From: Thalassophryne amazonica
Lineage: Eukaryota
Length of the DNA: 64,000 nucleotides
Direction: 5' to 3'
Assembly (NCBI RefSeq): GCF_902500255.1
Contig: NC_047118.1
Location: 75,533,565 to 75,597,564 of the forward strand
Below, one piece after another: positions 1-12,043 of the stretch. The notes under the pieces were generated by a model. The model saw nothing but the letters and a program-made list of their open reading frames with translations, was not told the origin of the DNA and made no database searches. The translations under genes and the position numbers were made by a program. Position 1 is the first letter of the stretch, and each line of letters begins with the position of its first letter.

Positions 1-99
1 TTTCGCTTGTCATCTGGGCATCAGGAATACTGTTAATCTCATCCGGGAAAGGTTTTGGTGGCCTTGATTACTCCCAGATGTAACTGAATATATTGGGGC

Positions 100-1170
100 G
101 TGTCCGACCTGCGTGATGTGCAAATCCTCCACCTGACCACCTACCAGCATGCTCCATCCTTTACCCATTCCTACACGACCTTGGTCACACATTTCAGTGG
201 ACTTCATAATTGTCCAAGGAACATACTGCAATTCTTACTATTGTTGACTGCCTGTCCAAGATGGCGCATTTTGTACCCTTACCTAAACTGCTAACTGCAA
301 AAGAAACTGAAGCCTTATTAAACCACATTTTCAAGTTACATGGTTTTCCACAGGACAGTGTTTCCGACTGAGGTCCGCAGTTTGTTTCTCGGTTTTGTAG
401 GGAGTTTTATCAACTGCTGGGGGTCTCCTCCAGCCTCACCTCCGGGTATCATCCACAGGCAAATGGACAATTCGAGAGGGTCAATCAGGAATTACAAAAG
501 GGCCTTCGTATCCTTGCTTCACAGCACCCACCCTCCTGGTCTTCCCCGTTAGTATGGATTGAGCTCACCACAACTGTTTGTCATCTGCATCCATTGGTTA
601 CTCTCCATTCCATGTGTCACATGGTTTTCAGCCTTCTCTGTTCTTTTCCACAGACCTGACTTCACGTGTGCCCTCGACTCTGTCCCTCATCCTCCACTGC
701 CGACAGACCTGGGCATGGGCCCGTCGGGCTTTGCTGCAATCATCGGCGGATTACAAGGACGCGGCCAACAAGAAGAGGTCACAAGAGCCTGTCTACTCTC
801 CTGGACAACGGGTGTGGCTCTCCACCCGCCATCTGCCCATCCCGTGGTCTACCAGGGAAGCTCACTCCCAGGTTCGTTGGTCCATTTCCTATCTCAAACA
901 TTATTCATCTGGTTTCTGTCCACCTTTGGTTGCCCAGGTCTATGAGGATACACCCCACCTTCCACGTCAGCCATGTGAAGCCTGCCCGCACCAGGGGGCC
1001 GGGCTTTTCGGTGCAGCGCCTCTTGGGGTTTCAGCGGTGTGGGAGGGGAGTGCAGTCCCTGGTGGACTGGGAGGGGTACGGGCCGGAGGAGTGCTCGTGG
1101 ATCCCCTCCTGTTTCATCTTGGACCCGGACCTGATTATGGACTTCCATGCTCGGCATCCTGATTCATGTC
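100..1170 (+). mobile_element. Ty3/gypsy-type LTR-retrotransposon pol 3' fragment (integrase core, C-terminal region and chromodomain), frameshifted and decayed
   Basis: Overlapping + ORFs carry integrase-like motifs (..HRQMDNSRGSIRNYKRAF..; ..[40 protein letters not shown]..) and a chromodomain-like ..[37 protein letters not shown]. The frames are broken, so this is a relic. Downstream 1170-1750 may be LTR sequence (unverified). Confidence 0.6.
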
Positions 1171-2553
1171 ATGAACTGTGTTTTGTCTTGTTATCTACCA
1201 TGTTTAGTTTAGGTCTTCATTTCATTTTGTTCTGATTTCGTGCTGTTTGGATTTTGTTTTTATTGTTTACTTAGTTTAGATTTTGGATTGTGTTGTCTAT
1301 GTGACTTCTCTGGCTGGGTGTTTCCTACTTGGGCTTTATCTGTCCCTGTTTCTCTTTTCTGTCTCTCTTGGAGCTTGGTGGGGGCGTGACACTGTATTTG
1401 GGCCACACCCTGTTCTGGATCTTTCCACACGTTTACAATCTATAGCTCATCACTAGGTGTATTTAAGCTCCACTGGTTGCACTGGTTATTCGCCTGACTG
1501 TTGCGCCTTGTGCCTTCGCTTGTAGCTCTGTATCATTGTGTTTTCAAGTCCTGATGTCACATTGTATTTTGACCACCTGCCTGTTTATACCGACCACACC
1601 AGTTGCCTGATGATTTTGATCTGTTTTCTTCTTTTGGACTGCCTCTCTCTGTACTGGACCCCACTGAGTAATTCAGTAAATGCCTCTTTGAACCACAGCT
1701 ACTGTGTCGAGTCCCACATTTGTCTCCAGCCTTCTATGTTAGACAAACCTGATACAAGCTGGACATGATGGCTCCCATGGGTAACTCAGACTTTGGTGGC
1801 ATCCTGAAAGTGCAGGCCCAGAACAGCCACATGTAAGAACAACAACTAATTTTAACTGTCTGAAACACTTAGACCTGGCCAGCAGTTGACTCTGGGGGAG
1901 TGTGTGCAGCTCCTCAGTTTTTGACAGCATCAACACCCCAGTAAGCATTAGATCATCTCTAGTGCCTCATGCCGAGCCTCACCTGCCACCCATCAAGCAA
2001 GACGATGGCAATCATGAGACATGTTGCTCATTCCTGTCCCTCTATGACCTGCAGCCTCCAGCCCTGTTCAAATCCCATGGATGCCTGATGGTCTGGGCCA
2101 CAGAGTGGGTGGTTGCTGAGTGTCAGCCATTGCACATGCATTCTCTCATTGCCTGAGAGAATGCATGTGCAGAGTTTCTGGGCTTACGGGTTCACAGGTC
2201 CCTCAATTTCAGCGTGTAATTGTTTAGTATCATTTATAACCACCGTTGGAGTATTGCCAACCCACCAGATTTTCTATCTTAATGTCTGCTCATTCTCATT
2301 ATTTCCTTGTCTTTGCCTTCGTGTTTTTGGCCCAAGCTGCCTCTGAGTGTCTGCCCATTTTTGCCTGCCATTCTTCACTTTTGCCATCTACTATGTATGT
2401 TGGCTGTACTCTTAACCTCTGCTTGTATTTTTGGATTACTCTTATGCTGCTCTGTCTCAGAACACTGTTGGCAATTGGAGTGATCTCCTATGTTTCTGAC
2501 TACTGCCCATCTAAGTGACCAAGAGAACTGTGTACTTGTACAGTACCATAGAC

Positions 2554-3823
2554 CAGTGATTTTCAACCTTTTTTGAGCCGCGGCACCCTTTTTATATTTA
2601 CAAAATCCTGCAGCACACCACCAACCAAAATAATATTATAATGCTATTACCTCTGGTTTTGCGCAAAACCAATTATTGCAATAGAAAATCGATACAGAAA
2701 ACACCGCATTTCGAAAATCCCAAAGCATTTTGCGCTCTGATCTCAAGTAGGGCTGTCACGATTAGGAATTTCTGGAGATGATTAATTGTCAGACAAATAA
2801 TTGCGATTGACGAATATATTTTCTATTTTTTTTCTTTTTTCCCCTTCTTTATATTCTACTATTGTAGTATAATTACACAACTGTGGAAGAACGTTTGGCT
2901 TCTGTGAGTGAAACTGGGAATGGTGCAACATTTTTATTTTTATCTTCATTTTACATACAGTCCCAACTTTTTCTGAATTGTGGTTGTTTCTGTTGCATTT
3001 CTGAAATTGTTTCTCCTCATCAGTCACGTTTTGTGCTTAAACACTGCATTAAGCTCAAGATTGAACAAATAAATACCTTTGGAAAATAACAGCTGTTAAA
3101 GTTCAGAGTTCTCACCTGCTTTTTGTGATCTCTGCGTCTGAACATTGTTTTTTTTTTTTTTTTTGTGGCTCAGTTCATTCATATATTCTCATTTTTTAAA
3201 TATGTTTTTAAAGATATTTGACCATTTATTTCATCTCATGATCTCATAAATTCAGCATACGACGCGCACATGGTGTGAACAGGACGGTAACGGCAGAATC
3301 ACACCTTTAGAGAAAGTTCAGAGAGAAGTAAAAGCAGCTTCATGTTTTGGTTTTGTTTACTCGGGTTAAAATCCTCTCTCTGCTCCGCGCTCGCTGCGCA
3401 CTGAACGTGTCGCGCCTGCATTCAGGAATCTCCCTCACCCACCCCCTCCCCTCCCTGACCCACCCCCTCCCCTCCCTCACCCCCTCCCCTCCCTGACCCA
3501 CCCCCTCCCTCGCAGTCTGCAGCCTGTTAACTCCGCGCGCGTGCACACACAGGCACAGACACACACACCGACAGCTCCGCATTTTAGACGGCTTTTGAAG
3601 GAGACGACACTGTTTTAATCGGCCGTCAGCCTCCTTGTTATTGTCCCGCCTTAAGACGAGAGCGAGGCTGCAGCACAATGACGTCAGATTCTGAGTCGTT
3701 TTATGCTTTATGGATAAAATAAATAATTCACGGTAATCGCGAATATGAAAAATAATCGCGAATATGAAAAATACCCACGGCACCCCCGACGATCGATCAC
3801 GGCACCCCGGTTGAGAATCACTG
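2554..3823 (+). mobile_element. Non-autonomous TIR element family 'A', copy 1 (about 1.27 kb; termini CAGTGATT(T/C)TCAACC...GGTTGAGAATCACTG; hAT-like judged from 8-bp flanks)
   Basis: Terminal inverted repeats cagtgattttcaacc / ggttgagaatcactg. No long coding capacity. Internal C-rich tandem repeats and a duplicated 'aatcgcgaatatgaaaaat' motif. About 97% identical to the inverted copy at 15423-16681. Flanks are CCATAGAC (left) and GCTTAAGC (right). Confidence 0.75.
3425..3515. repeat. C-rich tandem repeat (units of about 14-17 bp, ccctcacccaccccctcccctccctga) inside element A copy 1. The complementary strand is G-rich and could form a G-quadruplex
   Basis: Direct tandem units are visible. 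Copy 2 (15740-15790) carries one unit fewer, as the ORF translations ...REGRGWVREGRGWVRE... show. Confidence 0.7.
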
Positions 3824-4379
3824 GCTTAAGCACACGTACAGCAGTCTGAACATCAAAATATACCTAAAATACCCATAATGCAGTGTTTCAGGATAATTTA
3901 AATTATTGCATTATAATCATTATTATAAATGTCGACAAGTCTTAAAAAGAAAGGCAGATTAAAATCCTTAACTTTTCTCAGGACTGAAAAGCTGCTAAGT
4001 GTCTAATATTTATAAATTAATGTGTGAAATTTGAAGCACTTCTCACAATTGACGGTTTATTTTAAATTAATTCCTGGAATTTCTAATAAAATCAGGTTGT
4101 AATTAGTGTGTTTTTTAAAAAAATCATTTTATTACTAGCATCGGCTGTTAGGTTTCACAAACAAACAAAAACATATTTATTTAAAAAGAAAAGTGTTTTT
4201 GAATTAAACTTCCCGTTGACACTAAAGCACGATAGAAAGAATTTTATATATATGAGCCATCGACATGATGACTACATGACTGCGGAGATGATAAAATGAT
4301 AAAATCTTTGGACTCAAAAACACCCTGATGTGCTTTTCTGTCTTTTCATTGAGTCAGTACTGAGTCCTCCTCTTCCAGC

Positions 4380-4693
4380 ATCTCTCCTCTTCTCCTCCTC
4401 TTCAGCTGCATTATGACACACTGCCCCCCCCCCCTCCATCAGTGGCCATCTGTTTTTTTTTTCTTTTTCTTTATTGCTTTTCCACCTTTTTTCCACCTCC
4501 TGCACTGCAGCAGCATTGATTTCTTTCCTCTGCAGCACCCCCCCCCCCCACACACACACTCATCTCAGTTTAAAAGCAGATCCACCATCCACACCCACAA
4601 AGAATATAAACATGATGCTTTGGTTACTTTTCCATTCATCTACCCATCTTCTGCAGCTCTCTCTCTCCATTTCTCTTCCTCTGTGTCTGTCTG

Positions 4694-4726
<33 letters not shown>

Positions 4727-4740
4727 GGGCTCTCTAGCTG
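4380..4740. repeat. Low-complexity block: poly-C, poly-T and a (CT)n microsatellite at 4690-4735
   Basis: ctctctct runs and homopolymers. ORFs 4413..4760 and 4474..4737 are translations of low-complexity DNA, not genes. Confidence 0.8.
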
Positions 4741-5390
4741 CAGTGGGTGACTGTAAATAATTTAGATGAATTTAAAATTCAAATGAAGAAGCAGACCTCG
4801 CGCTCTCACTTAGCATCCTCTGGCTGTTCTCCCTCCCTTGACGACTGTTGCCATGACAACTCTTGATCGTCCTAGAAATCTAGTGAAAGAAATGCTCCTT
4901 GTTTCTCTGTTCATACTTAAAAAAAAAAAGTCTATAAAATTAAATAAGATGTCAAAATACAGTTGGCTCCATATAGTTTAACATAGAAATCATTTTAATT
5001 TAAGTCAGAGGGAGGCGCTCTCTAGTACAGGTTCTAAGGTGTCACAAATGAGCCAGCTGTTCACATTTTTGAAGAAAGCATCAAACTTATCCCACTCAAT
5101 CTGTAGGTTATAGTTAACAGTTTAAGGGGTGGACACCAGTGAAATATGCATATTAAGTAGGCGTGGCATGTCATTTTCAAAATGGCCACCAGAAACTGTA
5201 TGTAAATACATACAGATAAACACAGTTTATTTGCAAATCACACAGCTTGAACTTGTAAAAATCAACATTTCTCAATAATTGCTATGATGTCCAAATAACA
5301 TAGGTCCCTGTAAAAGTAAAAACTGAACAAATTTTATATAATGTGGCCATTATACAAATCATATGTTTTGTAAAATGTGTTGATAGCATG

Positions 5391-6500
5391 GCCCAAGCAG
5401 AGGGTCACCCCTTTTGAGTCTGGTCTGCTTGAGGTTTCGTCCTCAAATCATCAGAGGAAGTTTTTCGTTACCACTGTTGCCTGTGTGCTGCTCTGGGGGT
5501 TAGTAAGGTTAGACCTTATGCCGCGTTCACACCGCACGCGACACGACGCCACAAATTCGCTTTCTTCGCCTAGTGATGGATGCGCCACTATCGCCCGGTG
5601 TGTCGCTCTGCTTGGGCAGAAACTTTTGCTGCGAAAAGTAGCTTGTGTCATCAAATAGGAGGAGCTTCCATTCCGCTCGCCGTCAAGTCAACATGGCGGA
5701 CCTTGATCACACGGAGTGAGTTGCTGTGCTCTATTTGTTGTGGAAAGCAGACATGTCGCCAGCAGTGCCGTCACTGGGTTCACAATATCCTCATGAGACG
5801 TTCCCAATTCGGGAAGTTTCATCATTTGCTGCAGGAGCTGCATCTGGATGATGGCCGCTTTCAGCAGTACTTCTGCCTCTCCAGGACCCAGTTTGAGGAC
5901 CTCCTGTCCCGTTCACGCGCGCACATGTAAACAAGGAAAAAAAAAAACTGGCTGCCCCTGCAGTTCCTCGCTCTCTCTCCCCTCAAACTCTCATCATTGT
6001 GTTATAAACCAGTCACCACTTGTTTTATCATACATCTGTGTAGTTAATAAAATGATCTTCACGGAGGATTCGTTCACGTGCGCACGTGTGGTGCTGCTCA
6101 CTCTCCCTTCCTGCTCACAGTCTGGCTGCCAGACACAGGACATGTCCACGTCAAGTATAAACTCCAGACATCTTCACGTCACTACACATCCAGTCCTTGA
6201 TTGGTCATTGCGGCGCAACAAGACAAAAAAGTTCAGATTTTTCAACTTGGGGAGGAGGGCGACACAACGCGATATCGCGCCACAAAGTCGCCAATCGCTC
6301 AAAATCACTTCATTCGCGTCCATTGCGTCACATTGCGTGGCTTGAACTTTTGTGGCATCACAACGCATCCTTCCATAGGGATTACATGGCAACCTGTCGC
6401 CGCCGTCGCCCGCGTCGCATATGGTGTGAACGTGGCTTTACTTGTGTGAAGTGCCTTGAGGCAACTTTGTTGTGATTTGGCGCTGTATAAATGAAAATAA
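5391..6500 (+). repeat. SINE-like tail repeat (gcccaagcagagggtcacccc...ttgtgatttggcgctgtataaatgaaaataaattgaa), split by a nested insertion
   Basis: The uninterrupted paralog at 14670-14860 reads ...ggttagacctta|cttgtgtgaagtgcc... Here the same junction is split by 5519-6437. Similar tails occur at 14560-14650 and 48140-48225. Confidence 0.7.
5519..6437 (+). mobile_element. PIF/Harbinger-like non-autonomous element (about 919 bp) with a 3-bp TTA target-site duplication, nested in the SINE-like tail
   Basis: Ends tgccgcgttcacacc...ggtgtgaacgtggc are inverted repeats. Flanked by TTA at 5516-5518 and 6438-6440; the paralogous empty site has a single TTA. Internal ORF 5580..5930 carries a motif reminiscent of the Harbinger-transposase N-terminal HTH (...FRLSRTQFEDLL...); the family assignment is unverified. 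The body is CpG-rich. Confidence 0.45.
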
Positions 6501-6599
6501 ATTGAAACTGAACTGAATATACAATGGCATCAATAACTACAATTTATGTTTTCTGGCTAGTTTGCATCCTAAGCACTCTGCATAAAAGAAGTAACAAAC

Positions 6600-7760
6600 A
6601 AGAGCAATCATAGATTTCTTACGTCTGCCAATTTGGATCTGGATGACCTCCAAAATTCAGTGTTGTCTTCCATGCCCTAACATTTATCTGTGGTGCCAAT
6701 TGGGTGAGAATCCGCGAAGCAGTTTTGACGTAATCCTTCACTCTAAAACATTGCAGCACATTTAGTTATGTCCACTTGCTGCCTCTCTTTAACATAGAGA
6801 GCTCTTACAGGTTTTGGATGTTGAACTCAACTTTACAAGTTGAGATGAGTTTTAAAATTGAGTTCAACATCCATCCAAAAATTGTAAGAACTCTTTATGT
6901 TAAAGAGAGGTAGCAAGTGGACATAACTAAACGTGCTGCAATGTTTTAGAGTGTTCAAAGTGACATCTTGATCCAGAGTCCAGATTTGGATCCGGATCAC
7001 CTGCAGAATTTAATGGTGTCTTCCATGGCCTAATATGTATCTGTGGTGAAACGTTGGTGAGAATCTGTGAAGTAGTTTTGATGTAATTCTTCAAAGCCTA
7101 TATAAATGGAATCTTAATCCAGAATCCAGATCTGGATTACCTCCAAAATTCAGTGGCATCTTCCATGGCCTAATATGTATCCGTGGTGAAAAGTTGGTGA
7201 CAATCTTTGAAGTAGTTTTGATGTAATCCTTTCAAGCCTATATAAATGGAATCTTGATCCAGAATATGGATCCGGATTACCTCCAAAATTCAGTGGAGTC
7301 TTCCAAACCCTAATATCTTTCCGTGGTGCAAACTTGGTGAGAATCCGTGAAGCAGTTTTGATGTAATCCTTCAAAGCCTATATAAATGGAATCTTGATCC
7401 AGAATCTGGATCCGGATTACCTCCAAAATTCAGTGGAGTCTTCCAAGCGCTAATATCTATCCATGGTGCAAATTTGGTGAGAATCCTTGAAGTAGAGTTA
7501 ATGTAATCCTTCAAAGTGTATATAAAGTGAAATCATGATCCAGAATCTGGATTCTGATCCAGATCTCCTCCAAAAATGTATGTGTTCTTCCATGGCCTAA
7601 TATCTATCTGTGTTGAAATTTTCATCAAAATCTGTGCAGTAGTTTTGACGTAATCCTGCTAACAGTAATCCTTCAAAAGCTATATGAAGTGAAATTTAAT
7701 CCAGATCTGGATCCAGATCACCTCCAAAATCTGTGCAGTAGTTTTGACGTAATTCTGCTA
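6600..7760. repeat. Satellite-like tandem array, unit about 139 bp (...aatggaatcttgatccagaatctggatccggattacctccaaaattcagtggagtcttcca...gtgagaatc...gttttgatgtaatccttcaaagcctatataa), about 8 units
   Basis: The 'acctccaaaattcagtg' landmark recurs at 6648, about 6998, 7141, 7279, 7418 and about 7567, a spacing of 138-149 bp. Confidence 0.75.
6708..6960. mobile_element. Foldback (palindromic) insertion of about 250 bp inside the satellite array
   Basis: Near-perfect inverted arms: ctaaaacattgcagcacatttagttatgtccacttgctgcctctctttaacatagagagctcttacag... / ...ctgtaagaactctttatgttaaagagaggtagcaagtggacataactaaacgtgctgcaatgttttag. It breaks the 139-bp periodicity. Confidence 0.6.
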
Positions 7761-8263
7761 ACAGACAGACAGACAAATAATTAAACGTGATGATTTTATT
7801 ACATCCTTGGTGTACGTATAAAGGTGTTACTGTAAATAATATGTTGGAATAGAATAGGCTCGTCATCTGTGTGGTGATAAACATAACTAATTAAGATTAT
7901 CATGTCATTGTTGTGGTGTTTGAGTATGACCACTGGAGGCGGTCACACTGTAAAGGTGGGCTGCCGTGTAGAGAGCAGGCAGACAGGGCAGATCAGAGCG
8001 AGCGAGCGGGTAACACCTGTAAGCTGTACAGAGCTGTAATAAAGTTACACTGTTCCTGTACAACCGGAGTCGTCTCTCTACCAGGACGAAACAATTTATT
8101 TTCTGTTACAAGGAAGATGATACTTTCCTGGCAGAGAAGAGTCCAGCAGAAATGCTGAACTCTATTGAGACGAAAAGTAGCACATGGTAATGGCGGCTAC
8201 ACCTGCATTCGGAGCGGCAGAAGACCTCCGCTTTAACAAGGCTGAAGAGGAATTCGATTCTTT

Positions 8264-8626
8264 GTGGCAAATTGTATAAAATTCAGAGAGGAAAAATCAA
8301 AGGCAGTGTTTTTGACTGTTGTTGGAAAAAGACATCATGCACTGTTGAGAGATTTGTGTGAACCAAGGAAACCCGCAGACTGTAAGTTGACTGATTTAAT
8401 CAGTTATATGAGAATGCATCACATGCCAAAAACGAACTTTATCACCGAGAGGTATAAGTTTCATATCAGGAAGCAGAGACAAGAAGAGTCCATCAGTGAT
8501 TTTATGGCAAGTTTAAGGAAGCTAGCTTTAACATGTCAGTTTGGGACATTTTTGGACAATGCTTTAACCCTGTGGGATCGACGCCGTTGTATACGACGGC
8601 TAAGACCAAGCTTTACTAAATTATAA
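8264..8626 (+). mobile_element. Retrotransposon gag-like fragment (capsid-type motif DFMASLRKLALTCQFGTFLDNALTLWDR)
   Basis: ORF 8264..8626 resembles the conserved gag region of Ty3/gypsy or BEL elements (...L..L...C.FG..L...LRD...). It is isolated and has no intact downstream pol. Confidence 0.45.
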
Positions 8627-8639
8627 ATAACTTTTCAAT

Positions 8640-8745
8640 GATATGAGCTGGGGGAGGTGTGTGTGGATCGGGAGGTCTGGGCGGCTTTGTTTGAGCTGCT
8701 GCCCCCGCGACCCAACTCTGGATAAAGCAGAAGAAAATGGATGGA
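8640..8745 (+). repeat. LINE 3'-terminal fragment (RT C-terminus, ...EVCVDREVWAALFELLPPRPNSG*)
   Basis: Same conserved tail as 17632-17870 (…RPRGRPRTRWKDYISRLAWERL.VPPEELGEVCGDREVWAALLELLPPRPDSG*). The related ends at 26985-27175 and 47290-47775 translate in the same frame, …PRTRW..YI..LAWE.L.IP.EEL.., beginning …RPRTRWRDYISQLAWEHLRIPQEELQDLAEKC… in the 47290-47775 copy. Confidence 0.6.
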
Positions 8746-10406
8746 TGATATGAGATAGAAACTTACTTTTTTTGCTGAAAAATTAACTCCGCGGACTTTC
8801 GAGCCAACCATCGGCCATCTTTGTATTCCTCATAGAAGCTGTGTGATCACGTGCGCAATGTGAGTGTCCAATCGGAATTGGTTCGCAGTCACATGGTTTT
8901 CCAAAATCCAATCGTAGGGCAGATTTACCTCACATGAAAAGCCAAAGATCATTTTCAGGAGTTATATGTTATTAGTTGGCCCGTTTGAATAGCCCCCTGG
9001 GTGCTCCAATGAGTACATACTATTAGTACATACTCAGTGCACCCTGCGCCATTACGCACAGCGATCAGTGAAAGCAGGAGCAGACGGAGAACCTCTGATG
9101 ACAATCTCACGTGCTCAAATAAAGAGTGTGTAACTATCAGGATTGCTCCACTAGTTTGCATGTGAATGTTACTGGATAACTCTGTTGCTTTCTCTGCGTA
9201 AAGCACTGTTTACCATATTAATGGACAACGCATAGACCATTTTGTGTATATTGGTCAAAATGTGCATTTGTGTTTATTGTTTGAACCTTTTTGTTGTTCA
9301 GTCTTTCACACAAGACCTCAAATTACCTTTATAAAGTGTCAAAACAGTTGTTTATTATAATTTGCTGTGTGTTTTGAATAAATGTGTGTGGAAAATTATT
9401 TTTCGGTTTATTTTTTCCTTGCCTATTTTTGATTGTAAACCTTTATTACACTTATAAAACACAACAAAAACATATATATTCTGAAAGCACAGGTTGTCCT
9501 GAAAAAAGAGACATAAAACTTGATTGTGGGATGCAGGGAGAGCTGTTAACAGCAATAATAAAACATTTATGCCAGGTGAGTGAACTGTCCAAAAAAATGC
9601 CCTCGGACCCCAGAGAGTTTTAAGAGACAGACTCATTTGTGGTGTTACCAGCAAGAAACTCCACAACAGCTTATTAAGTGTGGCGCAAAGCAAAGAGTTA
9701 ATACTCGCCGAAGCTTTTGATGTGAGCCTCGCGCATGAAATGGCGGAGCAGAACGCGAGACACTGGGAAAAAAAGTCCATAAAAGCAAACGCTGTGTCCA
9801 CGAAAGGTTTTTCCAAGTAGGAAAAAGGGAAGCCGTGTCACAGATGTGGGAGGACAGGCCATACGCCAAATGATTTCCACTTTAAAGATGCACAATGCCG
9901 CAGGTGCCTGAAAAAAGGGCACATCGCCAGGACATGCAGAGAATGACTAGAGGATTTCGAGTTTCATACCTGAATAGTCTGCCTATCACAGCGAAGCAGA
10001 TTGCATGTGAAACTGAAAAAGATCCAATACTGGCGAAAGTGAAACAGTATGTTTTGTCAAGATGGCCAAAACATGTGACTGATGAAAACATTCAGTCATA
10101 TTTGAGACGAAAATTTGATCCGACAGTGGAAGATTGCTATTTACTTTGAGGATTCAGAGTAATCATTCCAGAAAGTTTGCAAAACAGGTTACTTGCAGAG
10201 CTACATGATAGTCATTGGGGCATGGTAAAAATGAAGTGCTTGACTAGAAGCTTATGGTGGCCAACATTGGATGACGATGTTGAAACTGTAGTGTACCAGC
10301 TACAGCTCCAGTACACACGTGAAAATGGGCTTCAGGTCCATGAGAAAGAATTCACCTTGATTTTACAGAATCCAAAGGTCAATTGTTCTTGGTAGTGATA
10401 GATACA

Positions 10407-11874
10407 TACAGTAGTGTTCAAAATAATAGTAGTGCTATGTGACTAAAAAGATTAATCCAGGTTTTGAGTATACTTCATATTGTTACATGGGAAACAAGGT
10501 ACCAGTAGATTCTCACAAATCCAACAAGACCAAGCATTCATGATATGCACACTCTTAAGGCTATGAAATTAGGCTGTTAGTAAAAAAAAAAAGTAGAAAA
10601 GTGGGTGTTCACAATAATAGTAGCATCTGCTGTTGATGCTACAAACTCAAAACTATTATGTTCAAACTGCTTTTTTTAGCAATCCTGTGAATCACTAAAC
10701 TAGTATTTAATTGTATAACCACAGTTTTTCATGATTTCTTCACATCTGCGAGGCATTCATTTTGTTGGTTTAGAAACAAGATTTTGCTGGTTTACTAGTG
10801 TGCTTTGGGTCATTGTCTTGTTGAAACACCCATTTCAAGGGCATGTCCTCTTCAGCATAAGGCAACATGACCTCTTCAAGTATTTTGACATATCCAAACT
10901 GATCCATGATACCTGGTATGCAATATATAGGCCCAACATCATAGTATGAGTAATATGCCCATATCATGATGCTTGCACCACCATGCTTCACTGTCTTCAC
11001 TGTGAACTGTGGCTTGAATTCAGAGTTGGGGGGTCGTCTCACAAACTGTCTGCGGCCCTTGGACCCAAAAAGAACAATCTTACTCTTTTACTCTCATCAG
11101 TCCACAAAATATTCCTCCATTTCTCTTTAGGCCAGTTGATGTGTTCTTTGGCAAATTGTAACCTCTTCTGCACGTCTTTTATTTAACAGAGGGACTTTGC
11201 GGGGGATTCTTGCAAATAAATTAGCTTCACACAGGCGTCTTCTAACTGTCACAGCACTTACAGGTAACTCCAGACTGTCTTTGGTCATCCTGGAGCTGAT
11301 CAATGGGTGAGCCTTTGCCATTTTGGTTATTCTTCTATCCATTTTGATGGTTGTTTTCTGTTTTCTTCCACACCGTCTCTGGTTTTTTGTCCATTTTAAA
11401 GCACTGGAGATCATTGTAGATGAACAGCCTATAATTGTTTGCAACTGCGTATAAGTTTTCCCCTCTCCAATCAACTTTTTAATCAAACTATGCTGTTCTT
11501 CTGAACAATGTCTTGAACGTCCCATTGTCCTCAGGCTTTCAAAGAGAAAAGCATGTTCAACAGGTGCTGGCTTCATTCTTAAATAGGGGACACCTGATTC
11601 GCACCCGTTTGTTCCACAAAATTGACAAACTCACTGACTGAATGTCACACTACTATTATTGTGAACACCCTCTTTTCTACTTTTTTTTTTACTAATAGCC
11701 CAATTTCATAGCCTTAAGAGTGTGCATATCATGAATGCTTGGTCTTGTTGGATTTGTGAGAATCTACTGAATCTACTGGTACCTTGTTTCCCATGTAACA
11801 ATAAGAAATATACTCAAAACCTGGATTAATCTTTTTAGTCACATAGCACTACTATTATTCTGAACACTACTGTA
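10407..11874 (-). mobile_element. Tc1/mariner family 'A' element with about 230-bp terminal inverted repeats and TA duplication. The transposase is degraded (ORFs 11127..11576 and 10770..11042 on minus), and the element is inserted into the retrotransposon integrase
   Basis: Ends TACAGTAGTGTTCA…/…TGAACACTACTGTA. Minus-strand ORFs encode Tc1 transposase (…LIKKLIGEGKTY…[13 protein letters not shown]…; …KHGGASIMIWA…[12 protein letters not shown]…). Paralogs at 30895-32360 and 46324-46769. Confidence 0.85.
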
Positions 11875-12043
11875 TGCCAGATCGGCCGAATTACTACCAC
11901 ATGCAAAACGATTGCAGTTTGGAGAAACTTGCTTTCCACTTATCAGTTGCCGAAGGAGGTGGTAACTGATAACGGACCTCAATTCATTGCAAATGAATTT
12001 GAGACATTCCTGAAGTTGAATGCTGTCAACACTCCGACATATA

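Noticed and set aside
578-1235. Overlapping 190-aa ORFs on both strands near the window start
   Set aside because: They are frameshifted pieces of a gypsy-type integrase and chromodomain plus antisense noise, not cellular genes.
3340-3783. 147-aa ORF (and the 15692..15883 counterpart) with 'REGRGWVREGRGWVRE'
   Set aside because: Lies inside the non-autonomous TIR element and translates its G/C-rich tandem repeat. Present in both inverted copies, so it is repeat-derived, not a gene.
5580-6475. Several 90-165-aa ORFs (5580..5930, 5848..6345, 6197..6475)
   Set aside because: All lie inside the CpG-rich Harbinger-like MITE. Only the first has weak transposase-like similarity. None is an intact gene.
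6540-7760. Regularly spaced repeats considered as a CRISPR-like array
   Set aside because: Units are about 139 bp with no repeat-spacer alternation, and the context is eukaryotic. It is a satellite.
8760-9000. Unusual unique block (…ccgcggactttcgagccaaccatcggccatctttgtattcctcatagaagctgtgtgatcacgtgcgcaatgtgagtgtccaatcgg…)
   Set aside because: No ORF, repeat structure or motif I can interpret. Left unannotated rather than guessed.
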